This document shows, one piece after another, positions 1 to 13,335 of a stretch of 64,000 nucleotides of DNA. The DNA comes from Bispira polyomma (Eukaryota): contig OZ287756.1 in assembly GCA_965649765.1 (NCBI GenBank), positions 29,698,001 to 29,762,000 of the forward strand, read 5' to 3'. The notes beneath the pieces were generated by a model. The model was given only the letters and a program-made list of their open reading frames with translations. It was not told the origin of the DNA and did not search any database. A program made the position numbers and the translations under genes. Position 1 is the stretch's first letter; each line of letters begins with the position of its first letter.

Positions 1-2660
1 TGAGCCAAAGATTATGAACTCAGTCTTGTCGGGATTAGGGTTAACCAGTTGACATCCACTCTTTCACATCGTCAAGACACCTGTTCAACTGTTAAAAGGC
101 AGTAGATGTGTACTTGTGGGATAGGTGCGCATAAATTTCGGTATCATCTGCATAAAAATGAAACTTAATTCCTGTGTGAGGGGCAGTGTATAATGAGAAC
201 AACAGAGGGCCTAAAACAGAACCTTAAGGAACACCAAACTCGAGTTTACAAAGATGGGACAAATTAGAGCCAATTTTTATCGACTGATAACGATCAGTTA
301 AGTAGGAAGTGAACCATTAAAGAACAGAGCGCCTAACTCCAAACCAAGTCTGAAGACAACTGAAAAGCGTGGAATGATCAATGGTGTCAAAGGCAGCAGA
401 GAGGTCGAGCAATACCAGGGCAGTAGGTTCCCCTCTTGACAGAGATAGGTGAACTTCATTTTTTATAGACAGAAGAGCTGTCTCGGTCGAATGACCTGTT
501 TTATACGCAGACTGTTATGGGGTGTCTAAGTCGTGGACAAAAATGTTGCCTAGCAACCACACGTTCAACCAGTTTTGATATGAAACTAAGACCAGATACA
601 GGGCGATAATTCTTTAGGTCACCAACTGGAAGAGAAACCTTCTTAATAAGAGGAGTAACCACAGCTGTTTTAAAACCATCAGGTACATGTCCCTCAGTAC
701 GTGAGCAGTTTACAAGCTTTGTAATGGATGGTAGTAATATATTACTACATTCTTTAATAAGAGATGTTGGCCATGGATTCAACATGCAGGATTTTGTAGG
801 CGAGTTACTTTTTATTTTACTAACATAGTCTTCTGAGACTCTGGTAAAGGCAGTAATTTCTGGGGGATCAGAAAGAGGATGAACATCAATTTTAGTTCCA
901 GAAACAACAAAAGTATCTCTAATTCTCTTAATTTTGTCCGAAAAAAAGAAGGAAACTTATCAGCTAGTGATTTATCAGAATCATGGGACGGGAGTGCCAC
1001 ATTGGTATGCATATTAAGGGTCTTACACAGTTTGTGCCATAGCTTTCTGGAGTTGTGACTGTTGTCAGAGATAAGTTTCCTATAATACACCGACTTATCC
1101 TCGTTAACAAGTACATTGCACCGAGCAATCTGGCGACGAAGTCGACTTCTATTTAATGGATTCTTGGCCCTTCGCCAAGTTCTTTCATATTGGCGCCTGA
1201 GAGATTTTGCCCGTCGATATGAATCAGAGAGCCAATGCACAGAATCTTTCTTTGACATTCTAGATACAAGTGGTGCATGCTTATCTAGTACATCACCCAA
1301 GTCATGTATGTATTGTTCATAAAGCTTGGCTACAGAATTGCAGGTGACTTAATAAAGGAAGTACTCTCGAGATCAGTACGGAGGTCAGACATGTTAATAC
1401 GGTGGTACCTCCTATGATGCACTGTGTTAGGAATATGAGCCACCTGTGGGGGAGAAGCAATTGAGCATTTGACTAATGCATGATCCGATATGAAATCGGA
1501 GACTTTGACATCCACAATAGCATCCTGATCACAAGGAGATAAAATAAGGTCCAGAATGTGACCATGCAGATGGGTAGGTTGTCTAACTGACTGTTTTAGA
1601 TCGCATGAATCAAGAAAGGTCATTGATTTATGACCGTCACCAACTGGTGCATCAACATGGATATGACAGATATGATATTATACCACAGATATGATATGAA
1701 CTGTTAATGGAAGACAAGAAACCAACAAAAGACATGAATTTTTCTAAAAAATACAGGTACATGATCCTGGGGGGCGATAGATGCAGGCAAGCAACAGTGA
1801 GCGGCCATAAAGTACTGATAGACAGGAGAATCTATTTTATGTGGTTTGTAGGAGGATCTGATGAAGAAACCAATACCGCCACCAATACGTGAGGGATGAG
1901 GCGTTTGAGGAAACACAAAATCTGGAGGAGTAACAGACCGTAGAAAGCTCTCCGTATCAGTAAACGGATATGGGTCTCAGTAATACAGAGCAAGACGAGG
2001 TCGTGCGATGTCACAATATCTGCAAGGAGTGGACCCTTGTTCCTCACAGATCTAGCATTAAGCACCCCGAGCATGACAGGATCAGGGTTAAGGGACACAT
2101 CATTGGTGAGTAAGAGTAACAAGACAAGACCTCTTCCATTAATGGTGGTAGGAATTTACGACATGAACAAGTGTATGAAAATCTTTTCGCAACTTTAGCT
2201 AATGAGGTGGCAGATGTATGAGCAACTCTGTGATGCAACAACTCATACCAAATAGCGCCGAAAAAAGGACAACCCGAAGGAGAAACATGACTAGTGAGGT
2301 TGTAGAAAAAGAAGAAGTCCTTAAACTGATCTCAACAGTGGGGAGCCTCAGAAAGTGTGTCCCTACAATTCACCGTACAATTCTTCGTCCAGTGGGCGAC
2401 TCACGGGCATCCTAGCACCCCACACTATAGCCTGACCTTAAGCTAAGTAAAACCACACCAACATGTAGCAACAAAAGATGAGACAATAATTATATTGGTA
2501 ATTTTACAATATAGAACAGCAAAATGAGACAAAAAATCAATGTAAAAGTGGTAGAAATATCATAAATAGTAATAAATAAATGTACAAATATAGGCAAAAA
2601 CGACGACCTTATTACAAAATATTATGGTAGAGTACGGCCCACTCTCGCCAAACGAAGTGG
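1..2660 (-). mobile_element. L2/CR1-group LINE, degenerate ORF2 (APE endonuclease + RT), 3' part runs off window
   Basis: Frameshifted fragments: LGVLNARSVRNK..LLCITETH (APE start), PTHLHGHILDLI..SDHALV (APE end), FKTAVVTPLIKK..NYRPVSGLSFISKLVERVV, and LLDLSAAFDTIDH, GVP*GSVLGPLLF, YADDTEIY read from the reverse complement of 130-430. Confidence 0.92.
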
Positions 2661-2849
2661 CCGATAATTGGCTATTATGGTTTTCTAGCTAAATTCATAA
2701 CATAAAACAGCCAAATTACTCAAATTTAATGTAAAAAGGGTAGAAAAACATAAATAGTAACAAATAAACGTGGACATGTAACTAAAACCGACGATCTTTT
2801 ACAAAATTTTATGGTACTTTTTTCCGTAGCGGTCTTCCCCCGGTACACG

Positions 2850-3240
2850 CTAAACCCAAAGGCTGCTGAGAGATCTAAAAGGGTGAGGGCCACAGTTTTG
2901 TTGCGGTCCAATGCAAGGTTAATATCATTAGTGATAGAAAAAATATGCTTTTAGATGTTATGAGTGTTGAAGTGGCCAGAAATTTGTTGTGCCACAGCTT
3001 TCTCAATGAGTTTAGAGATAAAGTTAAGATTTGCAATGAGCTGTAGTTTTGGAGTTGGTTTTTGTCAAGCCCTATTTTTTTAGCAAAGGAGTAACATTGG
3101 CAGTTTGAAAATAAGTAGGGAAAATACCTTGTTAAAGAGAAAAAATTAATATGTTGGGTATGAATGTTGTCAATACGAATTGTTATGAATTTTGTCAATA
3201 CAATGAAAAATTTACCAAATTTATCGGCCAAAAATGTAAG
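2850..3240 (-). mobile_element. Short L2/CR1 RT fragment
   Basis: VALTLLDLSAAF and LDKNQLQNY fragments in ORFs 2726..2911 and 2875..3231. Confidence 0.7.
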
Positions 3241-3699
3241 GCAATGATAAACCGGGAAAACTTTCGAAGATGTTCAATGAATAATTCTATATTTAGAAGC
3301 ACATAACCTTTTTGAATTGTGTTGATTTTCACTGATAATAGAGTTATAGTGCATCTTTTTGGAACTAGCTATCAATCAGTGGTTTGTGACGATACAATAC
3401 CTCTTTCTATCGAGTAATGATTTTGTGTGACGCCATTGACACTTGTTTGGATTTAGTGTTGGCAGCATTGACCAGGTTGATTATGTGATTATGGAGGTAA
3501 GTGGCCCAAGCTCTACAAAATACAAAATCAATGCCAATTATATTGTGTGCATATTTTTGTTATTCTTAACCCTGTTATGCCCAATTTATGGCCATTTGGT
3601 TGCAAGTTTCTTTGGCCCCTACCCTATGTTCAGTGCCCTTGTTTCAGTTGACTTTTCTTCATCCTCAGAAGCTTAGGTGATCAATAGTCCCTCCCTCAA

Positions 3700-4530
3700 G
3701 TATTGGGCATGGATTGTGTAAAATTTAAACTCAACCTAGATCAAACAGAGTTCATTATTATAGGTAACAAACCCACCACAGAGTCACTTACAACAAAATT
3801 TCCTATTTCATTCCTCCAAAACAATATCACTCCATCAGCGGAGGTAAAAAACCTGGGTGTCATCTTTGACTCAGACAACTCCTTTAATTACCATATTGCC
3901 AAGGTTTGCTGTGCCTGTTACTATCATCTACGTGAAATCGTAGATTTCTTAGCGCTGATACTGCAGTTCTGGTGAAAAATGCTATGGTCAGTAGTCGCTT
4001 GGACTACTGCAACTCTTTACTATAGGTGGTCAGTCTGGCTAATATTGCCAAACTCCAGAGAGTCCAAAATGCTCTCTGTCACATTGTTTACAGGCTTGAC
4101 AGATTCAGCCATGTCACCCCTTACCCTTAAAAACTCCACTGGCTTCCCATTGAACATCAAATCCTTTTCAAGTACATCCTCCTAGTTTTCAAAGCTATTA
4201 ACTATTCCCTACCTATCTTTCTTATTTAAGTCCAGCAGCCTCACACGAGGAAATATCTGTTTCACTTTGCCCCGAACAGTCGCTGCACCTGCAGAATGAA
4301 ACAGGTTGCTACAAAATGCCAGATCCCAGCAGATACTATCAGGTTTGCGAAGCCAGCTTAAGATCCACCTGTTCATACTGGCATATCCCCCACCTTAGTT
4401 ACTTCCCGGTTGGTGCTCACTTGGTAACGACCTTCACTTGATAAAGGACAATCCCTTTTTGGAATTCAGCGAATTAGAGGATTTTTATCAATTTTGCACT
4501 TTATAAATGCTGTTATTATTATTATTTTAT
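3700..4530 (+). mobile_element. 5'-truncated L2/CR1 LINE 3' end
   Basis: KLNLDQTEFIIIG..VKNLGVIFDSD..CYYHLR, followed by SRLDYCNS / KLQRVQN / LKKLHWLPI in shifted frames; (TTA)n tail at about 4513-4527. Confidence 0.88.
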
Positions 4531-6257
4531 ATCTGTATTCCTTCTTACAGGCAAACATTACGGGTAAACCTTTGTGGGGTTTGCTGTATCATTTTCCTGA
4601 TAATTATTGACTGTTTTTTGTTACTTAGGTTCATGTGTAGTCTGTGTCACTTCAGCTTCTCCACCGTTTTAATTTTGAAATTAAGTAGAGAGAACATACT
4701 TTTTTATAGCCCTCCCTCCCCTCTCTATGGTAATTGTAGTAATTTAATCTTGACAGGGGGGGGGGGGGGGTGGTGGCTTTTTTATTCATTTTTGCCTCAA
4801 ACATTTAACATTTGTACAGACCAATCAGCGGTGACTAGGGCAAACGTTGTTTCAAACTGAATGTTGTGTTGTCATTCTTTTGCTTCACTGTTCTGTTTAA
4901 AATGTTTGAGGTATGGTAAAAGGTCAAAGTTCAAGTTTTGACAAGGTCAAGTTTTGTCTGTGAAAGAAAAGATATACTTTAAAGTTGTATTTGGCACAAG
5001 CTAGTATGTATACACAGCCATAATGGTATTATAGATAAGGTAGTTTCAAATTTAAAAGTATGTTTAAATTTCGAAATAACCCATGCATGGTACATTTACA
5101 AAGCCCACTGTAAGCGGACATACTTAAAATTTACTAAAACAAATTAAAACAGTATCATACTTTGACATATAGAAATGGGACACGCCCAAAATGTATTTGT
5201 ATAATTAAAATGTGGATAGAATAACACAGCAGGACTTGCCCTTAAGGGCCAAATTATACATTTATATCATACAACCTTGAAGTGACCTTAAGCCACTAAC
5301 GTGTGCAATATGTGACATTACTTCCCAGATAGTCCTAGAAGTTTCTTAGGTCTGCAATAAGCAGCAAAAAGTTAGGCAAAAGTAAAATTATTATCGCCTT
5401 AGTGCTTGGACTAACACACCATTTCTAGTAGAAAAGAACAAAATGGAGAACATATGGGCTAGTGGCAGGACTTTCATGTGTTGACTTGTTGATTGCAAGT
5501 TTCAATATGTCTACTAGAAGTGGGTCATCAGTAGCTAATTAATGATATGATAATTATTGATTGGTCAAGAGGTAACGGGGGGATAGACAGAATAGGGAAC
5601 AAGAAATGACTATAATAAAGAGTTTAAGGCAGCATACCCCTAAAGTGGTTGTGCTGGAAACATTGTAACTGCTAATGGTGAACAATTCTTTCTATCTCTC
5701 ATTATAATTCTTTGTTGGATCTTGATTAGGATTTGCACTACAGAAAATACCTGGGCACTGATTGCAGCATTATAAAGCATTAGACCATAAGATATGGCAT
5801 ACAAATAAATGTATATGCAGCATTTTATATAACTTAAATCAAACATCAGCCTATTAAAAAAACTTTACATAATGGCAGATTTACATAAAGGAGTTGACAT
5901 ATATTAGGGATGGCTTGACTCAATTTGGGAAATTTTTAACGTGACATCACCACTCTTTCACAACTTTCTCCACTGAGAGTATTTTTGTGTTAAAACTAAA
6001 TATAAAATTTGTATAGTGTTGATGCAATATAAAAATATTAAATCACAAAATTAAAACATATGGCCCAAAAATGAAAATTGTAGTCTATACAACAGTTTAC
6101 AGAATCAAAATCAGCTGCAAACTGAACAACTGAGCTATTTTAGGATGAAATATAAAGGGTTCTTTCAGGTGACTGCTATCAAAAACTGCTAAGAGACCTA
6201 AAAGGGTTACAGTTTACTAACGATCCAAAGCAAGGTTTATCTAATTACTGATAGATT

Positions 6258-6490
6258 ATGATTGTTTGACTGGGTTTAAACGTGGCCTACAACACCTTGT
6301 GTAGGTCATATCATGATGGGCAGTGTAACCTTACTGGTGGAAGAACTCAGTCTATATTCGCTGTTCAAGATTCTGCACTGTAAATCACCTGGCATCTTAA
6401 ACTAACTGCCAACTTTCCAACATAAAGCCATGGCCTAGATTTGACCTACTACGACAGCGAGTGTGTTAACCACTACACCACCAAACCCCT
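6258..6490 (-). mobile_element. tRNA-derived SINE
   Basis: Minus strand starts GGGGTTTGGTGGTGTAGTGGTTAACAC (A box), followed by a degenerate B box GGTCAAATCT. The 3' end (GATATGACC..GTTG..TAAA) resembles the SINE at 12366. Confidence 0.65.
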
Positions 6491-6867
6491 ATGTAATATT
6501 ATTGTACATTTAAAAACATGACTACATCATAATTTTACAGCATTTGGTCATTACAACATGTGTGTCTACCATTGTTCAATTATATATGTTTTATATGTTT
6601 TTCATTTCAAAATTTAACAACTCAATCCTGCAGCTCTGAGATTCTGTATGTATTGCTTGTTCTTGATGGTGTGTCACTTGAAACAAAGAAATAATGCAGC
6701 ACATTTATTACTTCAAAATGTTTCATTTCAGAGAAAATAGTCAGGAAAGAAATAAGTAATAATTAAACATTTCAAGGTCTTCTAAACGGATAACATGTTT
6801 TCTTGCAGTGCATCCTCAACATAAAATTGTTGGGATTCCCGCCACCTGGATCTTTGAGTAGAAAACA

Positions 6868-6904
6868 CTAGCACATAGCTTCGCAATCTTCTTCTGTCAT
6901 AAAT
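6868..6904 (-). CDS. Kunitz/BPTI protease inhibitor, last coding exon (R)FMTEEDCEAMC*
   Basis: Acceptor ...ttatataacAG| at 6905-6906. The first base completes AG|A (Arg) from the upstream exon and gives the terminal FxTxExCxxxC of a Kunitz domain; TAG at 6868-6870. Confidence 0.88.
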
Positions 6905-8971
6905 CTGTTATATAAATAAACTTTGATAGTGCATTCATTAACAAAACATGCAGATCAATTCAGTTTAAAAGAAATGACAAATAGTTAAACCATGTTTATA
7001 TCTAACTGTTAAATCAACAATAGATTGATTCTTACAATTCATAATAATTATTCACTGTCACTCTAGTTTATGGGTAGAACACCTAAAAACAACATTGTTT
7101 GGAATATGTTGATCTAATATGCTGATCCCCTAAAGCACAGGCAATACAACAGGGTACCCTTTCATATTGAATTCATACTTTAACAGAGCAGCATCACAAA
7201 TTTTATTTAGCTACAAATAGAAAAAAGCTTTCAAGGTACCAATTTTGTATCTTCTAAATGTAGACTACTAGTAGAGATTATCGTTAATAATAAGTATGTT
7301 TAGTTAAAGTTCAATATCACATCATATATGATATAATGATGACATTTTCAAAACCCACTACTGTTTAGTATATTTCTGCAGTGTAAATCAGTGGACTTCA
7401 ACAAACCTACTGCAAACTTTCCAACATTTGTCCCATCAACCACAAACAATGCCAAACTTTCAAATAATAGCTTGCATTTGTAAATACAAGTTTACAACCT
7501 CTGTAACCATTGGTGTTTTTATATTTAGTTATTGTGCCACAGGACATAAACCTCCTGATAACATGAAATAACAAAAAAAAAAGAGGTGGACCAGAGCAAC
7601 TGGAAAGGACAAATTAAACTGGGAAAGTTATTAATGGACATACGAGAAACTCTCTGAACCAAAATACAGTGTAAAATACTTTTTCATTTATCTCAATAAG
7701 TTTTAGTATTTTAGTGCAAAAACTATATCATTTATCTAAATGTGTTTCAGTATTTTGGTCTAAAATAATTCTTTTTTCTAAATAGTAATTTCTTAACAAT
7801 TTATACATATACCAGTATTTATTTGGCATTAAATAACTATTATGAAGAGCCTGCATGTAATTTATTATTTATTTATTTATTTTTTATTTGTTTCGTATTT
7901 AACAGTTATACATGTTACATATCAGATTAACTGCTTAATATTGTGATTCTTTAAATCACAATAGTTATCATCACTTGGTTGGTTATGCATATTACTGCCA
8001 GTTCCCATAAACATATGTATTTGTTGCTACTTATCACAGTAACATATTACTGGCACTCTATTTTGCAATAAATATACAGACATAAATTGTCTTTAAAACA
8101 CTACTAGGTTGGTGTAAAGCAATACGCTGGTTATTTACATGATTGTCTAGTACTATTAACAAACTGCAGTGTACGTGTTGTGCTGAGTGCATGGATATAT
8201 GAGCTCAGCATGTTATGCTTGTATACATGTACAGTCTGTAATATATATCATGGTGTGATACAGTTGTCTGACAGACAACAGAAAGTTTTTCTGCAATAAG
8301 GCAGATTTTCCGCCTATCAGGGTTAGTTTTGAATAAAAATTGTCAGTATCTGACACTTCTTTCAATTTATGTTTTCCAACATTGTCACTTAACAGAGATT
8401 TTCTCAGAGGGTATTTAGCTGTGCATGGAGCTACATGTGATGTGTTTGGCTTGCTGTGTGTGTGTGTTCTGTTTAGGATGAAAATCATATTTGAGGCTCA
8501 ATCATATTTGTACCAAATGCTTAAATACATATTTTTAATTATACAATTGTTACTTTATAGGCAACTATACTGCACTTTTATTTTGTTTAACTTCTAAATA
8601 GAGACTACATTCTTAACTTACTTCCCACTTCCCATTTCTCTTTTGTGGAAAAGAGATAGGACTTGTTATTGTCTCTTATAGTAAACTCAATATGTATCCT
8701 TTTCTATTGTTAATTTTGTATGATCTGTAGATTATTTAGTTGTTTTCTTTTTGCGTACATAATACTTTATGTCGCGGGTACTTCAATTATTATATGTATT
8801 TTCAACTGTTGGTTACATTCTATATTCATTTTATATTCAACCTTATACTTAACTTGTATCACAATGTGTCGCGGGTACTTCAATTACACATATATTCTTC
8901 AACCTTATACTCAGCTTGTGACACAATATGTGCATCATTTTTACTTATATGTGTTGTTTACTACATAATCA

Positions 8972-11777
8972 ATGTCTGATATCTTGAATGTATATAGTTT
9001 CAAAGCTAGAGGCCTGAGAACCAAAACTAAGAAGCAATCAATTTTTCTATGGCTGGAAGCAAAACATGATGGTACATTGTATATATTTTTACAAGAATCA
9101 CACTCAACATCAATTTCAGAGCAAGGGTGGAGACAAGAGTGGGGTGGTAGGGTAGAATTTTATCATGGGGAATCAAACTGTAGGGGGTTGCTACCTCTAT
9201 TTCAAGGGGATTAAATATTGACATCCTCAACATTAAACATGACAGTATTCGTAAGTTTCTGCTTATTGATTGTACTATAAGTGACATGAGCTTTGTTTTT
9301 GTTAATCTCTATTCACCTACGTCTGATCATATACAAGAGCAAACTCTATTTGGCAAGGGAAATATAAACTGAAAAGGCCAGAGGTTGTATTATCAGGTCT
9401 AGGTGTCAGTTGACAGAGAAATTTTAAAAAGCCAACCAATTGTTTTTAAACTTAGAAAGAGCGAACCCAAATATTTTGCATATACGTTCACTGATAGTGG
9501 GCGGTAAGAGAGTCTATCAGTCACAAGATATTTTAAAGGCCAAAAAAAATTACTATTCAAAACTTTTTACAAGCTCTTTAACCGATGATATGTTTAACAA
9601 ATTTGATTGCGATCAATATCTTGTTGATGCCAGTATACAAAAAAATTCTGCCAATACAAATCAGCTTTGTGAAAATGATAAAACCTTAGAAGTGGTCAAT
9701 AAAGCTGTCCTTGATCTAGCTAGTAACAAAGCACCTGTTCTGATGGGCTTCAAGCTACTAGAAGCTGGTTCTATTTTGTTTCTGTTTTTATTGGAGTTGT
9801 GTTAATCTGTTCACATTTCATCCTGAAACATTATAGCAATTGTTGTTTACATACTCTAGAGCCTTCTATAGCTGTACTATATATAAGGGTTGAAAAAATT
9901 ACCACAGATTAGAGTTTATTGAGTTGGTGTGCTATACGAACTGCTATACTGTGAAACACTTTATTTCTGTGTCAATTGGATATAAACTGATTATTATATA
10001 CGTTTTGTGGTGAACTCCTTGGAGCGAACTGGATATAAAGTTGTGGATCTGCCAGAGATTGGATTTGCTGCATATTGGATATTGTTTGAATCCTGGACTG
10101 GATAGCTTAGTTGTGCAGGCTCTCTGGATATATACATTTTATGTTTGTGGACACCGAACGGATAACAGGATACCGGCATTGTGTGTTAGTGGACACCAAG
10201 CGGATCTCAAGACAGATTGCTGGATATAGTTGACAAACTTGTTTAACTGCTATTTACGTGGACAGGATTGTGGTCAGGTTAGATTGTTTTCATTATTGTA
10301 TTGCTGTACTAGCATACAAACTGTTCAGAGAGTATCTTAGTTGACTGTAATTGTTATTTTAATTGTTAAATAAATTTTGTTAAGTGGAACTTTTTGTCTT
10401 TTCTTGTTGCAACTTTAAAGCAACTGGTAATTGATACCGTGCTTGCTCCCGTGACCATAACAGTGGAAGATTGAAACATGGTCCAAAAGAAGCTATCAAC
10501 CCTGACCAAGTAGGATATATGGAAATAGATTCTGTGGAGCAAACACAGGACTAATTGTAATAGAATATTGCAAACTTCATAGAATACCATGTATTTTACT
10601 TCTGGTAGACTTTGAAAAGGCTTTTGACACTGTAAACTGGGATTTTCTGAGAAACTATTTAAAGTATTATGGTTTTGGTAAAAAAATTCAAAGATGGATA
10701 TCCATCTTGTTTTGTAAAACTAAAAGTTGTGTCACTAACAATGGTTATCAGTCCACCTATTTCAGATTGTCTATAGGTATCCGACACAAGGCTGTCTCAT
10801 CATTACACTTTATTTTTGTTGATAGCAGAAGTTATTGCAATGATTCTTTGTGAGTCTAACTCTGTTAATGAATTACTATTTTTGGAAACGCTCATTGAAC
10901 TATGTCAATTGGTGGATGACATGACAATGTTTTTAACTCATATGTCATCTGTGAAAAGTGTCCTTACTCTCTTTTAAGAATTTTACCCATATGCAGGCCT
11001 AAAACTGAATAAAAGCAAGACTGGAAAAATTATTATTTAAAATGACGGTACCTGGATAGAAGTCCCAGTTTGGGCATAAGGTGGATAAATGTTCCTTTCA
11101 AAACATTAGGTACATGGTTCTCTGTTAACCATGAAGAAATGAGAATCTTGAATATGAATAATAAAATGGAAAAAATCAAATCTGATGCCTAACACTTAAA
11201 AGTAAAATAAATTTACTCAAATCTTCATTCCGCATATATTAAAGCTTGATTCTGTCTTGCCTTTTACCAACAAACAGTTGATAAACCTAGACAATCTGCT
11301 ATTTGATTATGTGTGGAATATTAAAGATTCGCCAACATGCAGCTATTGTAAACATACAGATAACTTTGAACATTTTTTCTTCTTATGTCATAACACAAAA
11401 TGTTTTGCTTGTAAATTTGTCAGTTTCTGTTATCTTTTCTGTATTAGAAGTCTTATTTGGATTAACACACTTCGATCCAAAATATTACTACATTGTCAAT
11501 TATATACTGCTTATAGGAAAATATTACATTAAACAATGTAAAAAGAATAAGTCAAAATTTCCTTTTATACTTTTCCACAGATGGTTAAAGATAAATTAAA
11601 GACAGAAGAACTAGTTTTTCTCAAAAATGTAAAAGTGATATTTTGTGAATCATTTTAGCGAGTTAATGTTAGCCATGCAGCAATTCTGGTTTGGATGTTA
11701 TAATGTTATTTGTACTAGTATTGTTTTTGTGCTCAAGACTTTTGTATCATGTACAAAGAAAAATTAAAAAAAATAAA
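8972..11777 (+). mobile_element. Degenerate Tx1/L1-clade LINE ORF2, antisense in the Kunitz intron
   Basis: LNVYSFKARGLR..IFLQESHST (APE), LLLVDFEKAFDTVNW (RT), CSYCKHTDNFEHFFFLC (C-terminal Cys/His motif), A-rich tail at about 11755-11777. Confidence 0.9.
9757..10462 (+). mobile_element. Non-coding insert in the Tx1, probably a partial LTR
   Basis: Tx1 frame stops after KAP(G)SDGL near 9750 and resumes at (G)RLK..INPDQVGY near 10463. The insert contains AATAAA (about 10369) and ends in ...TAACA. Confidence 0.45.
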
Positions 11778-11798
11778 GAGGTGAAGTAGTTATTCGAC

Positions 11799-11931
11799 CT
11801 GTTTCTGTTTCCCAAACAGCCTCCATAAATGAATTCCTCACACTTCATTTTGGCCGCGTTGAAAAACCATCTTGGAAAGTAGCCGAGACATGATCCAGTG
11901 TCAGCAGGTAGATGACAAACTCCCCCGCCAT
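11799..11931 (-). CDS. Kunitz/BPTI protease inhibitor, main domain exon
   Basis: 133-nt exon between ttttatattcAG| and |GT translates GGGVCHLPADTGSCLGYFPRWFFNAAKMKCEEFIYGGCLGNRNR; canonical Kunitz Cys spacing and the FxYGGCxGNxN signature. Confidence 0.93.
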
Positions 11932-12365
11932 CTGAATATAAAAGAAAATAACTTCAGATGAAAATGTAATTAATGTCTTATAAAATACCAGACGAGTGGA
12001 GATGATATCACTACTTACTGCTAGTTACTGCTACTTACTGCTATGTAATGCTACATTGTGCTACTTATACAGACAAGTGGAGACATCCTCGAGAAACGGA
12101 GAGCTCTGCAAAATTATTTTAAAAAGTGTGAAGTAATCATGGCAGAGGACCAAACAGAGACGTTTCCAGAACAATATAATCCGTTAGGCAACATCACGGA
12201 ATAAACGGGGATCCTCACTTTTGCATTACCTTCTACTACGTATATACTAGGTTTCAAAACAGTTCAAAACGTCACACACATGTAGCTCCAGCACATGTAG
12301 GTGTGACCAGGCTTTAAGGACCTCAATTACTATGCCTGGTTAAGTATGTCAGCCTGTATAAAAAA

Positions 12366-12587
12366 GGGGGCTATGATGGCCTAGTGGCTAGAAGTATTAG
12401 CTTCATAATTACTGGCCTCTCACCAATGTGGGTTCGTATCCTGTGGGTTTCTTCATGTGAAAAAGTTTGTCAGGTATATGTCGTTAATTGGTGGTTTACA
12501 GCTCTTTTGAAGTTTCTTCCGCCACCATTGTATATGACAGTCGTGATATGACCTGAGCTGTTGAAAGTGCTATAAAGCCTAACTAAA
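12366..12587 (+). mobile_element. tRNA-derived SINE
   Basis: GGGGG start, A box TGGCCTAGTGG, B box GGTTCGTATCC, 3' GATATGACC..GTTGAAAGTG..TAAA end. Confidence 0.75.
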
Positions 12588-13206
12588 TTTCTAGCATCCA
12601 GCAGGGGTAGTATGAAGTTTTGCACTAAACTTGGTACAAGTATATGTGAACAAAAAGTTGTGAGAGTACGCTACCTTGACGCACACCATCATTGCTCTTG
12701 ATGTAACTGCCCCCCCTTGTACACTCAAATATATTTTACAGAAATTGTATAACAATTGCATTACCAAGATGTATGCATTACCAATACTATATATACAGGG
12801 ATATCAATACTTACTCACTGGAGACAGATTCCACAATACACTGAATATAAGCAACACGTCCAACATTTTCATTCTCTCCATTCGGTACATCTAAGAGCTC
12901 TAAGTTATAATACAACAGGTTTAGTTCTACAGTACAGAAGTATACAGTGTCAGTGTCCTCTCTGTGCAAAGGCTTATATATTTATAATTCTGTCTCTCTA
13001 TCTTTCGAATAACATTGCTCTGTTGAAGCTGAAATAGTGTTTCTCTTTACCAGATTAATTTAATGTTAAAGTTTAATGGGATTTTTTTACAATTTAAGCA
13101 CTTTAAGAATTCATTGTATTTGTCGTATATCGTAGCTTTTGCAATTTCCTCATACACCATAGCCTAAAAAGAGTGACTCTGATGGGTTGCAATAACTTGT
13201 AAGTCA

Positions 13207-13335
13207 TTTTATTCTTTCAGACAATTTACATGAGTACAAAAACGTTTATCAATTATTAGTATAATGCAAATTTTATTCTTTCAGACAATTTACATGAGTA
13301 CGAAAACGTTCATCAATTATTAGTATAATGCAAAT
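13207..13335. repeat. About 64-bp tandem duplication
   Basis: TTTTATTCTTTCAGACAATTTACATGAGTAC..ATTAGTATAATGCAAA present twice back to back with 2 mismatches. Confidence 0.9.

Noticed and set aside
8420-12296. Inverted similarity of about 25 bp (GGAGCTACATGTG at about 8427 vs CACATGTAGCTCC at about 12277) as TIRs around the Kunitz exon
   Set aside because: Too short, no TSD seen; more likely remnants of a dispersed repeat.
6258-12587. tRNA genes at 6440-6490 and 12366-12445
   Set aside because: Only A/B boxes are retained, with no full cloverleaf, and both continue into SINE-like bodies.
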